This document shows positions 40,215 to 54,995 of a DNA stretch of 64,000 nt, piece after piece. This stretch comes from Tubulanus polymorphus (lineage: Eukaryota > Animalia > Nemertea), in the NCBI RefSeq assembly GCF_964204645.1, contig NC_134035.1, forward strand, positions 4,216,001 to 4,280,000. The letters are read 5' to 3'. Below the pieces are notes generated by a model. It was not told the DNA's origin. It saw only the letters and a list, made by a program, of their open reading frames with translations, and did not search any database. The position numbers and the translations under genes were made by a program. Each line of letters opens with the position of its first letter. The stretch's first letter is position 1.

Positions 40215-40994
40215 TTAACAAAAATATGAGAAAATCATATATGCCAAGAACGAAGAGACAAATTTAGTAACCAAGAGTGAAGAAAACTAGGGGTATTACA
40301 ACCTAGAACTGCGAACTAAGCAAATTAAATTACAGTGCATTGGAGTTTAACTAAGATTGCAGAGAAATGATATAAGTTGGTTGTGAGGGGAAAAATATAA
40401 ACCATTAGAAAAATGTGTTTAAATTTCTAATAAGAAATTAAAGGGTGCAGTCCGGACATTGTGTGTGCATTGAAACGTTATTATCACTGGTGCGGCTTGA
40501 TTATCATTGTTAATGAATTAAGGGATACGATGTCACGAATACGGGAAGACCACTCGCCAGCGCTTATACGCAATCGCCCATCCGACTGTCTAACCGTCTA
40601 ATGGAATAAAGTAATTAAACGAATATCAAATGTCAACGAAATCCGCAGTAGGCCCGATAGATTAATTCGGAATTAATTCTCATTGTTCGTTATCTTAAGG
40701 ATATATTTTTTTTCGATAAAGCCCTATAGGTTCGGTTTCGCGAAACAGTATTCAAACTTAAAATATGTGAAATTGTCCTCCTCGTTGAAAACGTGAAGTG
40801 GCCGAAAGCTGGTAATCGAATATTTGAGTTCGAAATAGAAGACCTGATAATATTCTTCGATTTTCCATAATTTCTCAAAACAACCTCCGACATTTTTTAT
40901 GATCTATATTTTCAAAAAACCTGTGGCCCGTTCATTAGTCAAGAATAAGTAACGAAACGAGTAGTACTATATAGGTTAACTATTTCATTTTACG

Positions 40995-41035
40995 CACGAG
41001 CTTTCGCTACTAATGTATAGTAGCTTCATCGGGTG
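40995..41035 (-). ncRNA. Hammerhead ribozyme variant with CCGAUGA core and AGCU palindromic stem III
   Basis: Minus strand CAC-CCGATGA-A-GCTACTA-tacat-TAGTAGC-GAAA-GCTC-GTG. Related copies at 9164-9207, 19415-19450, 41041-41080, 44155-44195 and 45492-45532. Confidence 0.65.
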
Positions 41036-42707
41036 AATGAGAGATGAATCTACTATACACTAGTAGCGAAAGCTCGTGCGTCTAATAAACTAGTTAACTT
41101 ATTAAGTACTACTCGTCTCGTTGTATTCTTTCTACACCCGGTTAACACGGCTTCTCTACGAATCTTCATTAGTCAAGGTAACAACACAAACGAACCCTCG
41201 GAGAGTACCTCTAGGGTATGACATACCCTTTAAAATGACTGCCCAGTATCCCCGGAGGAGTATATCATACCATAAAGTACCCCCGGTTTCTCAAAGGGTT
41301 TATATCACATGAACATCCAAAATGAGGAACCCTAATTTCACCTCAAAAGGTACTCCGGTATATTGAGGTATATATTTGCACCGCGGTATTCATTGGGTTA
41401 AACGTCTTGTGAAACTTGCTAATCTTCTACTAGATAGCTCTTTTCGCCTTGGCCTTTCATATTTTCGCTATCGATAACCAGGTATACGGACGGCACTATT
41501 TCAAGTAGGCGAAGATTTAGCGTGACACTCCGCGTGTACCTGGCGAGCGTCGTGTCACTCGCCGAGTCCTGCGCGAATTAATTGCGACTTTCAATTTCAA
41601 TTATCGAAACGACGCTTTCGTTTCGTCGTACGCGGAGCACAGAAACACCTGTGTGATGCATTTCCAGCCTTAATTTACTTTCGCGCGATTCGGAAAAAAG
41701 TGACGTTGTCATCGCGTTCTTACGTTAAATAAATGGATATTCGGTATTTCGCTGTTCACTTAATGTATATATAGCCTTATAGATCCAATAAAAGCGGTGC
41801 TCGATACCGGGCATTGCTATCCATCTGCTAAATTCGAATCGTTTGATTTTGCTATGATACCTAATGATTGTCTTAAGATAGTTATTGTAATTCCAATCAG
41901 ATCAATTTATCCATTTGAGAAATAGATAACAATTTGCACAAACGACAACAAGCTCGAGATTCTGAAAACGTACGACTTTTTGTTCACTGAAACCCTTGAA
42001 AGGAATGTGAGATATAAAAAGGTTTGATTCTCGATGAAAATTTAAGGCATACTTTAACAGTTCTAATCCGCCATTGGCTAAGGGTTTAGAACTGAATATC
42101 GATAGTTGCGGGTCGTCTATTGCAATTCAATTACTTTAACTGTGTAAAAAAAATCTAGGCTATTTCGTATAAAATGTGTAAAAAATTGCACAATTGCTGT
42201 TTGCGTGACCGGACAACAACGACCTCCGTGCGCGGGGAAAATAGCCGTAAAGCACGTTTGATCGGCGCGGAGACCTTTCTGATTTATGCACCGATCGTGA
42301 CTCGTCTCTCGCGAGTCTTCAAACCGCTATAAAAACACATCTATTACGCACGTATTCGTAAACGCCGGGGACTCGGTCGAGACTGCAGCGCTTCTGGTGT
42401 TGGCCCGTATAATAACGGGTTCTGTTTGATTCGTGACTCGTTGCCGATGTCTTGCGAAAAAAATTCCGCCACCGCCGCCGGCTTTTCCGCTGATAGTGTC
42501 GCCGCGACAAATATCTGCGCGTATCTTTTAGGCGAATGTTTAATGGTTCGAATCGCCATCAACGCCGTCGAGTTCGGCGCGATGTTTCGCAATTTCCTTT
42601 TATTGATGGTTCGGGGTTTTTGCCCGATGATACTGGTGTGCGTAGATCTTTTTATAGTTCAACTTCGTTCAACTTCAGTGACGATCTTCGACATAAGACC
42701 CAATACA

Positions 42708-42785
42708 ATGGGTATTCCTGAAGATGGCTACAGTGTGACCCTCGCCAAACTCGGGACAAACTCTAACCGGCAAAATCAGTCCGAG
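42708..42785 (+). CDS. Candidate first coding exon (exon 42658-42785), MGIPEDGYSVTLAKLGTNSNRQNQSE; product unknown
   Basis: Acceptor tctttttatag| at 42657, acaATGG start context at 42708, strong donor GAG|GTAAGC at 42785 (phase 0). No convincing next exon was found. Confidence 0.45.
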
Positions 42786-45639
42786 GTAAGCAGCGAAGTC
42801 CGAGTTGAGGATAGGAAATAACGTAAGGAAGCCTGAAAAATGATTTCGTTTTTGTGCGACTTTGTCGAAAGTCCGAGTTTTGGCCGTGTCCGAGTAAAGC
42901 AAGGGACCAGTTGCTCAAAGGTTGGTTAAAGATAATCAACGGATACATACCATAGTAACAATAAACTTATCATTGTCACTATCCACTGGTTAACTCTAAC
43001 CAATCTTTAAGCAACTGGCCTCAGGTTTACTATATTAGGAATAGTCGAAACGTAGCTCCAGGAAACATTTCTGATTCTTTTTTTTTCTTTCTTCGTGTTT
43101 TATGCCAGCTTTACAAAACGGACTCGGAGCGTTTCATCGATGGTCTTTCGACAAAGTATATAGTAATCTTGAGATGAATATAAAGATATAGTCGAAATGT
43201 CCATACGAGATCGAGACAACATTTCGGATTCTTTTTTATGCCTTGGGCGTGGGTTTTATTTATAACACAAAATAGGAAATTGTGCTTTTCATGCCAAAAT
43301 TATAGCTATTCATTTTACAATTGTTCGTATAAGTAAATGGTTCGTAACTGCGGGCAGCAATATTCATAAAAGTTCCCTAGCTGTGTTGGTTACTAGCTGT
43401 GTTACCTAAACTATAGGTAGTGAGGAACTTACGGCTGCTCTCGATCTTAAGCTTATAATTAGGCTTCTGTAGTTGTATATTTCGAATCGAATGCTGAACT
43501 TTGAATGCCGAGTAACGGCACTCCGGGGTGATATTATAATACTGACAGCCTTGATATTATCGATATGACGTGCATCCATCCATCCCCCATCGCGGCACCG
43601 AGTACGGGTTGCGAGTTTTATTTAATATATTATATATCTATAATACCCGTCGGAATAGAAACTGATTAGATAAGAACAGCGAACTGAAAAAAACGGCTTG
43701 TTCGCAATTCAACAAGTAAATACAAAGCGCGACTGACGACGGAGGCGTCGTTTCTATACTCGCGAGCGCGAGGCGCCTGAATGATTTTCATAAAACGAAT
43801 TAGAAACGAACGGATTAAAAATCGCTATAGAATGAAATATCGCCGTTTGAATTAAACCGCTACCGCTGCCGCTGCCGCTGCTGAATTTAATCCGCGTCTT
43901 TTCATCGTCATTTATGACTCGTAATAGAATCGACATTTACGCGCGTTTGTTTACCGCCGGCTGTAACGAATACTCTTGTGATAAACACCTACATGTGGGA
44001 GTGTTTGAGGAGGAGCCGTGTCAACCTGGTGCGCAAGATCGGTATCAAGCTGAAGAGAACAATAGTACCTTTAAAAGGTGAACTCGATTTTTAAACTTCA
44101 TCTATTCAAATGAGATATTCGTCGTTTACCCGATGAAGCCATTTTACGATTTACCTGATGAAGCTACTCTGCATACACTAGTAACGAAAGCGCATTCTTC
44201 AGATAAATCGAGCCTTCAAATATTTATCCGTCTCAACAAAGGTTTAGTAATTATATTTATACGGGTAACGTGGTCGTTTTGCCGCTTGTTCGGTCGATCA
44301 ACTTTATTATTTAACTGAGACTTTACTTGAGTTAAGCGATTGTAAATTAGTAAAATTGGACTTTACTTTAACTTGATGAAGTGGTTACAATTTTTACCAA
44401 GTAAAAACATGCATACTTGAAAAGTGTATGAAATTAATCAGGGTGACGAGAAATTCGTTTAATTCTGTCCGTTTAAAGAGGCCATATTCAAGCCCCCGCG
44501 CTTCTTAAAAAGGTCATTATTCTGAGAAGAATAGGGAAGTTTGCAGTTTCCAGGCGCCATTTTGAGGCGGTCCTACAGGTCCCGCATTGTTGGAAAGATT
44601 TTCTGCTATTGTTAAAAAGTAAATGCCGACTGTATGAACGGTCGTGTATGCTTGATCGCAGTGCGTTGAGGTTGAGAGATTTAGAAAAAAAGCCAAGTAA
44701 ATCTGACCGATAAAAACTAAACATCTCGTACCGAAACATCTCGTACCGCGTTTCTGAACTCTTCGCCTTTTACGTGTTTATGTTTCGTGTTCGTTTGTTC
44801 CCGGTACAGCGGCATTATCATCGAACAGAGTCGTGTTTATTTCCGCCCCGTCCGCGGTCAAAGGCAAAAAAAAGCTTTTTATCATTTTAACGGCTCGCTG
44901 CCCCTCTCGTTATTCGACATGATATATCGCCTTTGTCTCAACGAATTTTCTCTGATACGCTCTCCTCGCCTACCTCTAACCCTCGTGTCTGGTATATCTG
45001 CGCCGCGTCTGTTGTGTTCGGCTGTAGAATATATACACATCATATACAGTTCAGGCAGAAATGCCGACGTTTTGAAGACGATTGTTCATCATCAAGTTTG
45101 ACTGATGATTCCCTTGTCAGACGCTTTCTGTTTTCGGTACGCGGCGTTTGTTCGAAGGCGACATCGCGATAATCAGTATTTTATCACGATACTGTCAATG
45201 CCTCTATATGATCTTTTTAATTGCTATTATTAGATAGGCCTAATCCTGATCCTACAATGATTATTTGATAATGATTTTAATTAGGCCTTATACGTAATCT
45301 TCATCTTCTTTTTTTCAATTGCTCGCTGTTAATACTGTTGATACCATCACTTTTATCATCATCACCGGTTTTCTTTAAATCTGTTGTAAATTATTGTTTT
45401 GTGGCAGTGGGACTCCACTCGAGCACAGCCTCTCGGTTTGTCCTTTGTCCAGCCCCTTCGTTCGTACGAACTTCTATTAGACCTCATTTTACCCGATTAA
45501 GCTAATGTACATTAGTAGCGAAAGCTCGCGCAGATTAGATAAAGCTAGTTAACCTATTAAGTACTATCCGTCTCTATGTTTTATGCGATTCACGAAAAGG
45601 AGAAAATCCCGGAATCGGTTGAGACCAATCTGGCTTGGT

Positions 45640-45780
45640 TGATTGATTGATTGATTTCATTTTCATAGAACATGATTATATGATAATTGCTCTCACAAAA
45701 TATTGCAATGAACTCTGAAGGCCACTCGTCCAGAGCCTGAAGGCTGTAACTCTATACAGAGTCGTTGAGGAGCCCTGATG
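45640..45780 (-). mobile_element. Retroposon 3' tail with (AATC)n end; second copy at 63865-63955
   Basis: Shared caaaatattgcaatgaac...gaaggccactcgtc.agagcctgaaggctgtaact...ggagccctgat. Confidence 0.6.
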
Positions 45781-45789
45781 AAATGGATA

Positions 45790-46450
45790 CGACATGATTT
45801 GATATGATTTATTTTCATATGAAAGTTTTACAGAATTAATGAATAAATAAATATATTAAAGATGTAATAATACTTGACGAAGGGCTGCTTTGAATTGTTA
45901 GCTTGTACAAGAAAGCAGCCCAGAAAAGAGGACAAAAATAGAATGAAGTAAAAAGAAGAAAAATGACACAATACGGATCACTATAGAATACAACATAACC
46001 TTGCACTTACGTGCACATATTTGTGTATAGAAATTATGAATATCGTACAGCAAGAGAGTACAGCAATGTTTGAGCCTCTTTGTTTAAACGAATACACTTT
46101 TTGAATTTTTCATATCTATACTCGATTCATTCCCATCTATTCCTGGTGATGATACAAATTGAAATATTAATATCATATGACTTATCTATGGTGTTTCAAT
46201 GCAACATGAAATAGTAATGCTATAATAGCTGTTATTTCATAAACATACTATGATTTGAATATTTCAGGGCGAAGGGATGAATATTTGATATCTATTGATG
46301 AGCTGTTTTTTGTTGAGCCAGGTGAATTGATGGAGACTTTTTAATCTGCGATCGAATTTGCCAAATGGCTGGAACTTTGTTAAGAAAAAATTTATTGAAT
46401 ATGTGTGGTGGTGGGCTGATTGCGGATAGTTTCTAGATATTGTTATGCCT
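45790..46450 (-). mobile_element. CR1/L2-type LINE 3' end with stem-loop
   Basis: Decayed FFLNKVPAIW...QIKKSPSI translation, 3' hairpin GGGCTGCTTT...AAAGCAGCCC (45882-45921), (ATCAT)-like tail. A second UTR copy lies at 24640-24790. Confidence 0.6.
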
Positions 46451-47560
46451 GCGGTTTTTACTTGGTATTTACTTCGATTGTCGGTGTTGTGGGCACACGA
46501 TCAATACACGTTTACTCAGGGACATTTATCAGTGTTATTCTGGATTGTTCCCTCGCATCGAGACCGACGTGAAAAACATCAACAACGTCGTCGGAGAGCT
46601 GAACATAAATGTGAACCTGACCGAACGAGTTCTTTTCTAACGCTTACAGCCGAATTAATACCGAGTGTCTAAATATGCCTGATTTCATTTGTGAGCGTTC
46701 GTCCGTTCGTTCATTCGTTTTTCCTAGCAATGTACGTAACGTTATAAGTAGAATTTCGCCGAAATGCCTTGTTATTTAGTCGCAGGCTCGTACACATTGC
46801 CTTCTTTCCGTGCATGTCTGCAGTACTTCGATTTCCGATATCAAAAAAATCAAACCCCCCGTTTCGTTTTCGCAAATCAATCCAGTAAATAAGAGGGACA
46901 ATCCCTATATTTCAAGAATTGAAAAGAATTGTTCGAAATCGTACTCTCTGTTGATACCACCCCAAAAAAAAAAAAAATTAGAAAAATCATCAGCTTTCGA
47001 AAGTTTAATACTGTTCATATAAATACGTGGGAAACTATTGGAAAAGGAAATCAATGTATCGTTTCGATGATTAGAATTTAAGTTCATTATCGACGATTTA
47101 AAAAGAAAATACGAAGATAATCCCCCCCCCCCGGGGCGGGTTCGTACATTCCACTTTTTAATTGAATATCGAATATGCAATTCGCCCTCGAGGCGTGGAT
47201 CGTATCAAATCACTGCAAGACGTATTCGATATTCAAACCCACCGGCTGTTCGTATGCTAAGTATAGGATCGCTAATTGCCATCAAGGTGATTTTCTGTGA
47301 AGGCGTATAAAGCTTTTTTGTATAAAGTTCGCGAGTAACCCCAGACAGTTATAACGTCCATTAGAATCTGACCTTTAGTCGAACGAAGACCAAATCCCCG
47401 TATATGCATATACATATCCTCGGAATATGATGGCATTCCTAGCGACCGATTACAGATTAGCATCAGATTAGTGTCAACGTTTCGTGTAGCCTGAAATAGC
47501 TAAGCTGCGCATGACATCGAAAAGTCTTAAAGTAGTCTCGAATCTTAGACGGTATGTCTC

Positions 47561-47702
47561 GGGGCCCAGTTGCACAGTCGTGACTTAAGTCCAATAAATG
47601 CTCTTGAATATTAAGACTGGTATTAAGTGTTGGAATGCCTACAGGACTAAGTTGGTCCCAGGCTGGTCTTAAAGCTAAGCTATGAACTGCGCAACTGGCC
47701 CC
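47561..47702. mobile_element. MITE family B (TIR GGGGCCCAGTTGCACAGT)
   Basis: Matching inverted ends. Related copies at 55725-55856, 56340-56660 and 58995-59632. Confidence 0.75.
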
Positions 47703-48990
47703 AAAGGTTGTCAAAATGAACTTCGGGAAACCGAAAAAGCGAATGTGTTTGCTATCCGCGAACTTCTATGTGTGAATCAAACGGGACTGGATTCGACAAA
47801 CCTCGCCGCAAGACGTGTTTTGTCATCTTGCGCGGGTCCGAAAGCGCGAACTGGTTCGTCGCAGAACGAATAGCCTTGCAATTGGAAACAGGAAACAAAT
47901 GAATACGAAACTATAACCGAGCTAGTGCGCGTTTAGATTTCCCCGTGTCGGTAATTAGATTAGATCCCATTTTCTTGTTTAAGCCCGATTAGATTCGTCT
48001 GGCGGTTTCGGCGTCGCGTCTGCGATGAAATTGAAAACGCGCGCGTGAAGTAGAAGCCTTGTCAATGCGTATATATTCATCGCTATATATTCATAACTGT
48101 ACTTTATTTATCTGACGAATAAAACCCGCAATCGAAGAAAGACTGAGGGACTTGTCTCAATGCCACGAGCCATTTTAAAATCATCTTACAGTTTTCTCCT
48201 ACAGTTATCTACGAAAAACCAACTCAATTCATATCAAGTGCCGGCGCCAATGCCAATTGAGAATGCAAAAACATCATTCAGATTTTGGTTCCAGAGACTA
48301 AACCTATATTGGATTGCTCATTTTAACCTCGCGACGGGACCGCAACCTGTGAAATGTTGCCCGCGCACGCTGTAAGCAGCCAGCGGGACTCGAACCCACT
48401 TGTCACCCGGGAGCTCTGATACTGAATGCAACATCATCATCATTACCTTTTAACCCGCCGTGACCGCGATCGATTTAGAATGTTTCGGACGAAAAGAAAA
48501 CTTTCGTGAAGAAGTATGAAACACAACATCTCGGTATCCGATGTCTATTTGTATATTCAGAAATTCGAGTGTCATTTCGTGGTTTTCCGGACCGGTTTCG
48601 TGAATTCATTATCTGTCGTCGTTGCTGAATTGCGAGTCTGCTCGAGTGATCGGGGATCGATGTCTCCGCGGTTCATGACGTGTCGGATGTTTCTCGGGGG
48701 CTCGAGACGCGCGTCTCGATTACAATATTATATTAGTTCAATTAATCGCGAGAGAGTTTTTCGAATTCGGCTGCTGCTGCTCGCACACGTGACTGGGCAT
48801 CGGCGGCTTGATCACGCGCTCGTATCCCGAGGAGGAGCGGTATCGTCGTCATCGTCGTCTCGTCTTCAATTCGAGATCCGATCCGCCGTTTCGAGAATCA
48901 GAATTCATTTCTGAATCGATTTCACTCGCGGTTTTCTCGTCAGAATTAATTGTGTTGTTTCTCTGTGCGTCTGTCGGTGATCGTCTGTTC

Positions 48991-49163
<173 letters not shown>

Positions 49164-52100
49164 GATACATTTTACCGGCACGCGCGCCGTCGCCGCCGCC
49201 GCCGTCGTTTTAGGAATCGACCACGAATCGTCGAAACTTCCCGTCGACGATCTCGATTTCAAGGACTTCGCACGGAAATCGAGATCGCGTTCATTTGTTT
49301 ATTTTTTGAATAAGTAACAGGATATTTCAAGCAAATCGTTTCAAGACGAGAACTGCTGAACGGCGACGACGCACGGGTACGAATCGGTTGATCGCTATTA
49401 AGATGTGTTTCCTTTGAAAAAAGACCATGGAGACTTTTCGACTGAAGTCTATTTTTCTCAGTTTTAAAGATGGCTCATAGAACTGAGTCGAAACGCATCA
49501 AAACTTTCTTAGTTTTATAACGGGTGTTTCTTCGATTGAACTAGACAGTCACTCGTCTATGGAAGCCAAAATGTTTTTCCTAATCTAGTAGATGCCGCCT
49601 TGTTGGGCCGGGGTCGAGCGGTCTCACCGTGAGCAGTGCCGGATTCGAACTCGCTCGTGTGAACTCGCGGTCAACGTCGCCAGTACAAGAAACCCTGATT
49701 TCATATCACATCTATTCGCCAGATTTCTCGTCAGTCAATCAATCGAAAAAGCGGAAACCATTTCTCCGCGAAGTTTAAGTCGCGGCGTATGAAGCGACTT
49801 TGACGAGGCGAAATAGTTTTCGCAGTAAATTATAGGTTTCACGCGTACAGCTTTTCGCGGCTTGAATTGCGCTCATTTTGGATATATTTCCTCGAGTAGG
49901 GGGTTGTTAACTCGGCGTACAGACGCGATTACCAATACCTCGCACGCCTGATATACATTTTCTATTTCAATTCAGCAGTAATAAGTCTCGGGTACCCGAG
50001 CAAAAATTGCTTATGACCGCGTATCGGAGTTGTTTGCAGAGGTAGAACTTCGATGTGTATGTCGCAAACAAAGACTAAACCCATAATGAAAAATCGAAAG
50101 ATTTATCAGCTTTTCCAGTTTAAAACCCACTATATACACAAAAAATTAAAAACGAATTTTCATTATCAAATGTTAAAAACAAGACATGACGTTACTGACT
50201 TTCTAGAAAGAGTCCAAAACGTCGTTTGTTCTGTTTTTCATTTTTGATGAATAAAATTCGGTTTTAATCTTTTTAAACTTTGTATGTAATAGGTTTTAAA
50301 CTCTACGCCAGAGTTTGTACGGGCTAATCTTCCATATACCAGCTTATCAACTCATTCGCTATAACATCGAAATATTTGTTAAACCCCTAAATTTTTTTTC
50401 GACTTCAAAGAGTTTAATGATGACGAGTTTTTGAAATAGTAACACACATTTTCCGATGTTCTTAATATGAGTTTCGACGCCATTTCGAGCCGCGCGAAAA
50501 GAAAACTCGATGAAATCCGATGAACGAAAGTGCCATCGAAATAACCGCTTATATATCGACGCTTGTAAAAACAAGTCGTTAGAGTTTAGAGATTTTAGAA
50601 ATGCGCCTCGCAGCGACTCGCGCCCGTAATAAGACTTCCATCCAATTATACGCGTATTCTAGTCCAATTCGAGTACATCAAAACAGCGCGCTAAACCAGC
50701 CGTGAGGTGGCTGGAGATTGGCTTTAAAAACTTATCATCGAAATGAGATTATCGGGGCGACGAACAACGAACGCCGGAGCGTCTAATACATTCAGACAAA
50801 AGACACTCGACTGAAATCCGAGTCGATGCACAACGGCTTCCGTTAAACGTCGAGCGATTCGAGCAAATCTCTTTCAAATGTCACCAGCAGCGTTGTGATT
50901 ATTAGATTTAGCGACGGCGCTGTCGTCATCCGCTCAAATACAACGTTAAAGCTACGCGAACGAGTTCGTATAGTGTGACGTCAATGTCCGATAGATTTTT
51001 TGACGCCGTAAAAACCGTAACAATAATATTCATATACGTTACAGTGTTAAGAGGGTTCTCTGTGAGTCGATGTGCACACACCATCGATATTGGCGTTTCG
51101 AAATATCAGTTACATTATTGTGAAAATCGGCGTTTATTTTGTAATTGAATATATTTCATTCTTCTCTTCAACTTTTATTTTATTTTCTTATGAATTTTGA
51201 TAATCTTTTTGAGAGGATGGATGTGCACTACGTCATCAATATATCGGGGCTAGACTGGTTGCCTGGTTCAATACAATTATCGATGTATCTAAATCCAAAA
51301 TAACTTAATTGATCCTTAATGTTACATAATTTAAATTACATTATCAATTGTCAGCAATTTATCAAGCAATATATGTGCTGTTTTTCAAACTTCAATAAAC
51401 TTTCAAAGTTAGTTTTCCTGTTTCGACGTGTGAGGGAGGTGAATTAGTCTTTACCCCCGATGGTAAATGGCTGGGGTATCGGCGAATGTCTTGCCAGCGT
51501 CATTCACTTTTCATTTTCGGCAATAATCTAATTTTTCCGAATACAGAACTCCCGGGCGTTTTTTCTTCGCAAAAGTTCGTAGAGGAAAAACAGAACGCTC
51601 GAGAACAGAGATGACGCTTAACGATGTATTGGTCGGATTTGAGGTAGAAACTATCGGCCACCAGCAGCAGCAGTGAGAGTTTCTTATATAAGTCAGTATG
51701 CCAGTATGTGAATGCGTCAGCAGGGTTCGTATCGCCGGACCCGATGATGGTGGTTACGTGACACCTTTTATAAGACAAATCCGCTCTCGGATTCTCCACC
51801 GACATGTCCTACGATCCAGTTTAAATCGATACTTCCAGTGTAGTGGCCATGTGCGCCGGACGAGTTTCATACAAAAAAATATCTCGCACGAATGATTAAA
51901 AATGTTCCCAATGTCGCGAAAGAAGGCAGGATCCGGTTGCGACAGTTTTGTGAGTTAAAAGTTTGACTCGGCGTTAACTTATTGACAACGAACTAGGAGT
52001 CATTATCTTTGACTCACTATAGGGCAACAGGATCATCGATCGGCGTACTGTTGGAAAGTGAACTAGCGAAATTCTAGTCGAAGGATCTAGTGAACTTGCG

Positions 52101-53569
52101 ATATTTTGTGTAATAATGATAAATATTGATTCTTTTTCGTAAACCATAATAATTTATATACAATCACATGAACAGTTATTACTTTTCAATTTATTACATA
52201 ATACGGTTACGAGGGATCCAGCGCAAGCAAACAGGCTGTACTTAAAATTAAGGCGCTGGAACCTTGTGTATAGTGCAGGAGCATGGTGCAGAGATATTAA
52301 TATAAACAATTCTATTCGTAATGATAATACTAACAAAGATTATTAAATGTAATGATTATAGTGATGACGTCGGGTATATTTAGTATATTCGGAATTATTA
52401 AACTCAATAGTCACATCTCAATTGCAACTGCGGAGCTGAGTCCGAGACGTATATGACAACGCGTACAAGGCACTTTCCTATTAGAACGGAGGAGTCGGTT
52501 TCTCTTCATGGGAAAAATGTGATTACGTGCGCAACCTTAATAGTGAGGGCTTTACGTTGCCTTTATTAAACGTCAGCGCGCCTTTCTAGCGAATATATCC
52601 CGTTATTAAAGCGTATATAATTTGATCCACGTTTCGTAATCTCTTCGCACATTTTTCGTTAATACGCGGGGTTAACGCCGGCCTGTGCTATACGTGAAGT
52701 GTGTTATTTCGACATAAGGCAGCGAATTCATTGAATTAAGCGATAAGCGCCATCGTGGAATACGGACAATTTTTTTTTAGAATGCGCGTATTTGAAGGTG
52801 GATCTGTTATACGCGATATTATATCCATCATTTTCAAATGCTAATTTGTCATACAAACTGGCGACGACAGAGCGTCGTCATACTTCTTATCATTTACAAA
52901 AGGTTGTTCGCGCGCGCGCTCGTTGAAGACTATTATATATATATTTTTTATATATACATGCGCGCTAAATATCATTCGTTTGAAGATTCGCTTTTGAAGA
53001 CATCGATTATGTATTATCTAGCCGATTGACGGGTCTCTTACTAATGAACTTCATTACAATATCTTTGATAATAGGGAAAATTTAGACTGTAGCTTAACAA
53101 AGACCGATAAAAAATCGATGTGTTAAGTTAGCTATATGTCGATCATATGGTTCGCGATACGGCACCGATATAAAACCGAATTCAAGATCGCTTCTACGCC
53201 GTCATTTCTGATCAATCGAATTTTGATGTCTGTTTATATTTCGTCCTCTGTTTTTCATCGATTGCATTTTTTGTTTTCTCACAACATCAAAGAGTCGAAA
53301 GAATGTTCAATCGAGGAATCCATAAACATCAAATCACGCCAACCCTCAATATATTCTAAATGCTAGACAGTCTCGCCTATCGATCTGTGTACATCTTGTA
53401 ATATACTTTAAATAGTTGTTTATTTCAGTGGGCTTTAATGCGAAATCGATCGTGTTTGATCGCGTTATTTTATCGTTGTGATTTTGTTGTGGTTTTATCG
53501 TTCATTCGACCCTCGACCAAAAGTCACGAGTCGGCAAGCCGTCAGGAGCAAGCGGACTATCTATTTATT

Positions 53570-53636
53570 TGGTCCACTGGTTAGCAGGCTTCTATATCTA
53601 TAATGTGCAAGACCCGGGTTCGATCCCGGCAGCTAG
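53570..53636 (+). mobile_element. tRNA-derived SINE head / tRNA pseudogene
   Basis: A-box-like TGGTCCACTGGTTAG and B box GGTTCGATCCC in a CCGGG/CCCGG T-arm. No acceptor or anticodon stem. Other B-box remnants on the minus strand near 48385, 49640 and 60205. Confidence 0.55.
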
Positions 53637-54519
53637 TGCGCATTATCACACTAAATCGTTACAAGACGACGATATATTTTAGAATGAAACGCTTATTTCT
53701 TTTTTTTCCGGAAATGTTAAATCCGTAAATTTCTACACGCATCTCGAAGATGGATCTAAATAGAAAGATCTAGACTTCGAGATCACGTTGTTGTCTCAAT
53801 TCCTTTTTCGTTGTAACGCGTGCGTTCAATCCTCCTCCTCAATCTCCTTAGACTAGTTTCCTTCGCTAGGAACTTAAGTAACTTATGTAAAGCTACTATT
53901 CTTTGCGCGAGTTGACGTACGGCGCGCGGAACTGAATCGATACGCGACGAATTTGCGATATTCATCGACGCTACGATTAGCGATTCGTCGACGAACGCGG
54001 AAAGTCGTCGCCGGAAAAAGAAACTGTCGACAAATTGAAGACGAGATGGACGCATCAGTGTCATTACTATCTCGACCCGGGTGCCGGTCAATTTACCGTC
54101 GATTCGTTATCGCGGTCGTTCGCGTTAATGTTAATAGTTACGTCGTATACGGCGCGATAGTTAACACTGATAGGCGACATTTCGACGAATTATTGATAAC
54201 ATGATCCGACGATATCTCGGATATAATGTGAAATTAGTATCCGGCCTAATATCTGATCGAAGGCCTGTACTCGCTTGAAGACACGGACATTCTGAGAAAA
54301 AATGAAAAGATGTCATCTTTAAGGCGTCGTCTGAACCTATATAATCGCATTATCGGGGATCAAATAAAAACTTGTTATTTGTAAAATGTAATTACAGTCG
54401 AGTTTTTAGTGGACACTGAGAATTAGGTCACAAAATGGCATTAACATCGATGGCATTTGAGTAATTGATAGTAATCGAGGCTTATCAGAATTCGGTCAAA
54501 GATTTTCTTTGAGATTATA

Positions 54520-54995
54520 AAAGGCATAAGGCGTCCTCTTCTTTACCAAAGGTATAGAGTGATCAGATATTAAATCAAGGCTCATTAGGATTCGGTCAAA
54601 AAATTACGTTAAGATTAGATAGTGAATTAAGAATAGTTAGAAAACGATGTTAGGATTAAGACATAAGGCCTCTTCCTCTTTACCTATGGGGAGTTATTAG
54701 ATAGTAAATTAAGGATGGTAAAAGAATGTTTAGATTAAGGCAAAGGTGTCTTCTTATTATGGTAATTACCTAAACGTTGGAATTATTAGATAGTGAATCA
54801 AGGATGGTAAAAACGATGTTAAGATTAAGGCATAAGGCTTCTACCTCTTAATCTATGATAGAGTTATTTGATAGTAAATTAAGGATGGTAGAAATGATGT
54901 TTAGATTAACTCATAAGGCCACTACCTTTTCATCTATGGTATAGTTATTAGATAGTAAATTAAAGAAGGTAAAAATGATGTAAAAATTGATAAGG
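54520..54995. repeat. Degenerate ~80-90 bp tandem repeat
   Basis: Recurrent ttagatagtaaattaaggatggta...ttagattaaggcataaggc. Confidence 0.8.

Noticed and set aside
46533-46640. Phase-0 exon CYSGLFPRIETDVKNINNVVGELNINVNLTERVLF* joining 42785
   Set aside because: Poor polypyrimidine tract, adjacent to a LINE remnant, and no recognisable product.
53570-53636. Functional tRNA gene
   Set aside because: Only the A and B boxes and the T-arm are present; no cloverleaf.
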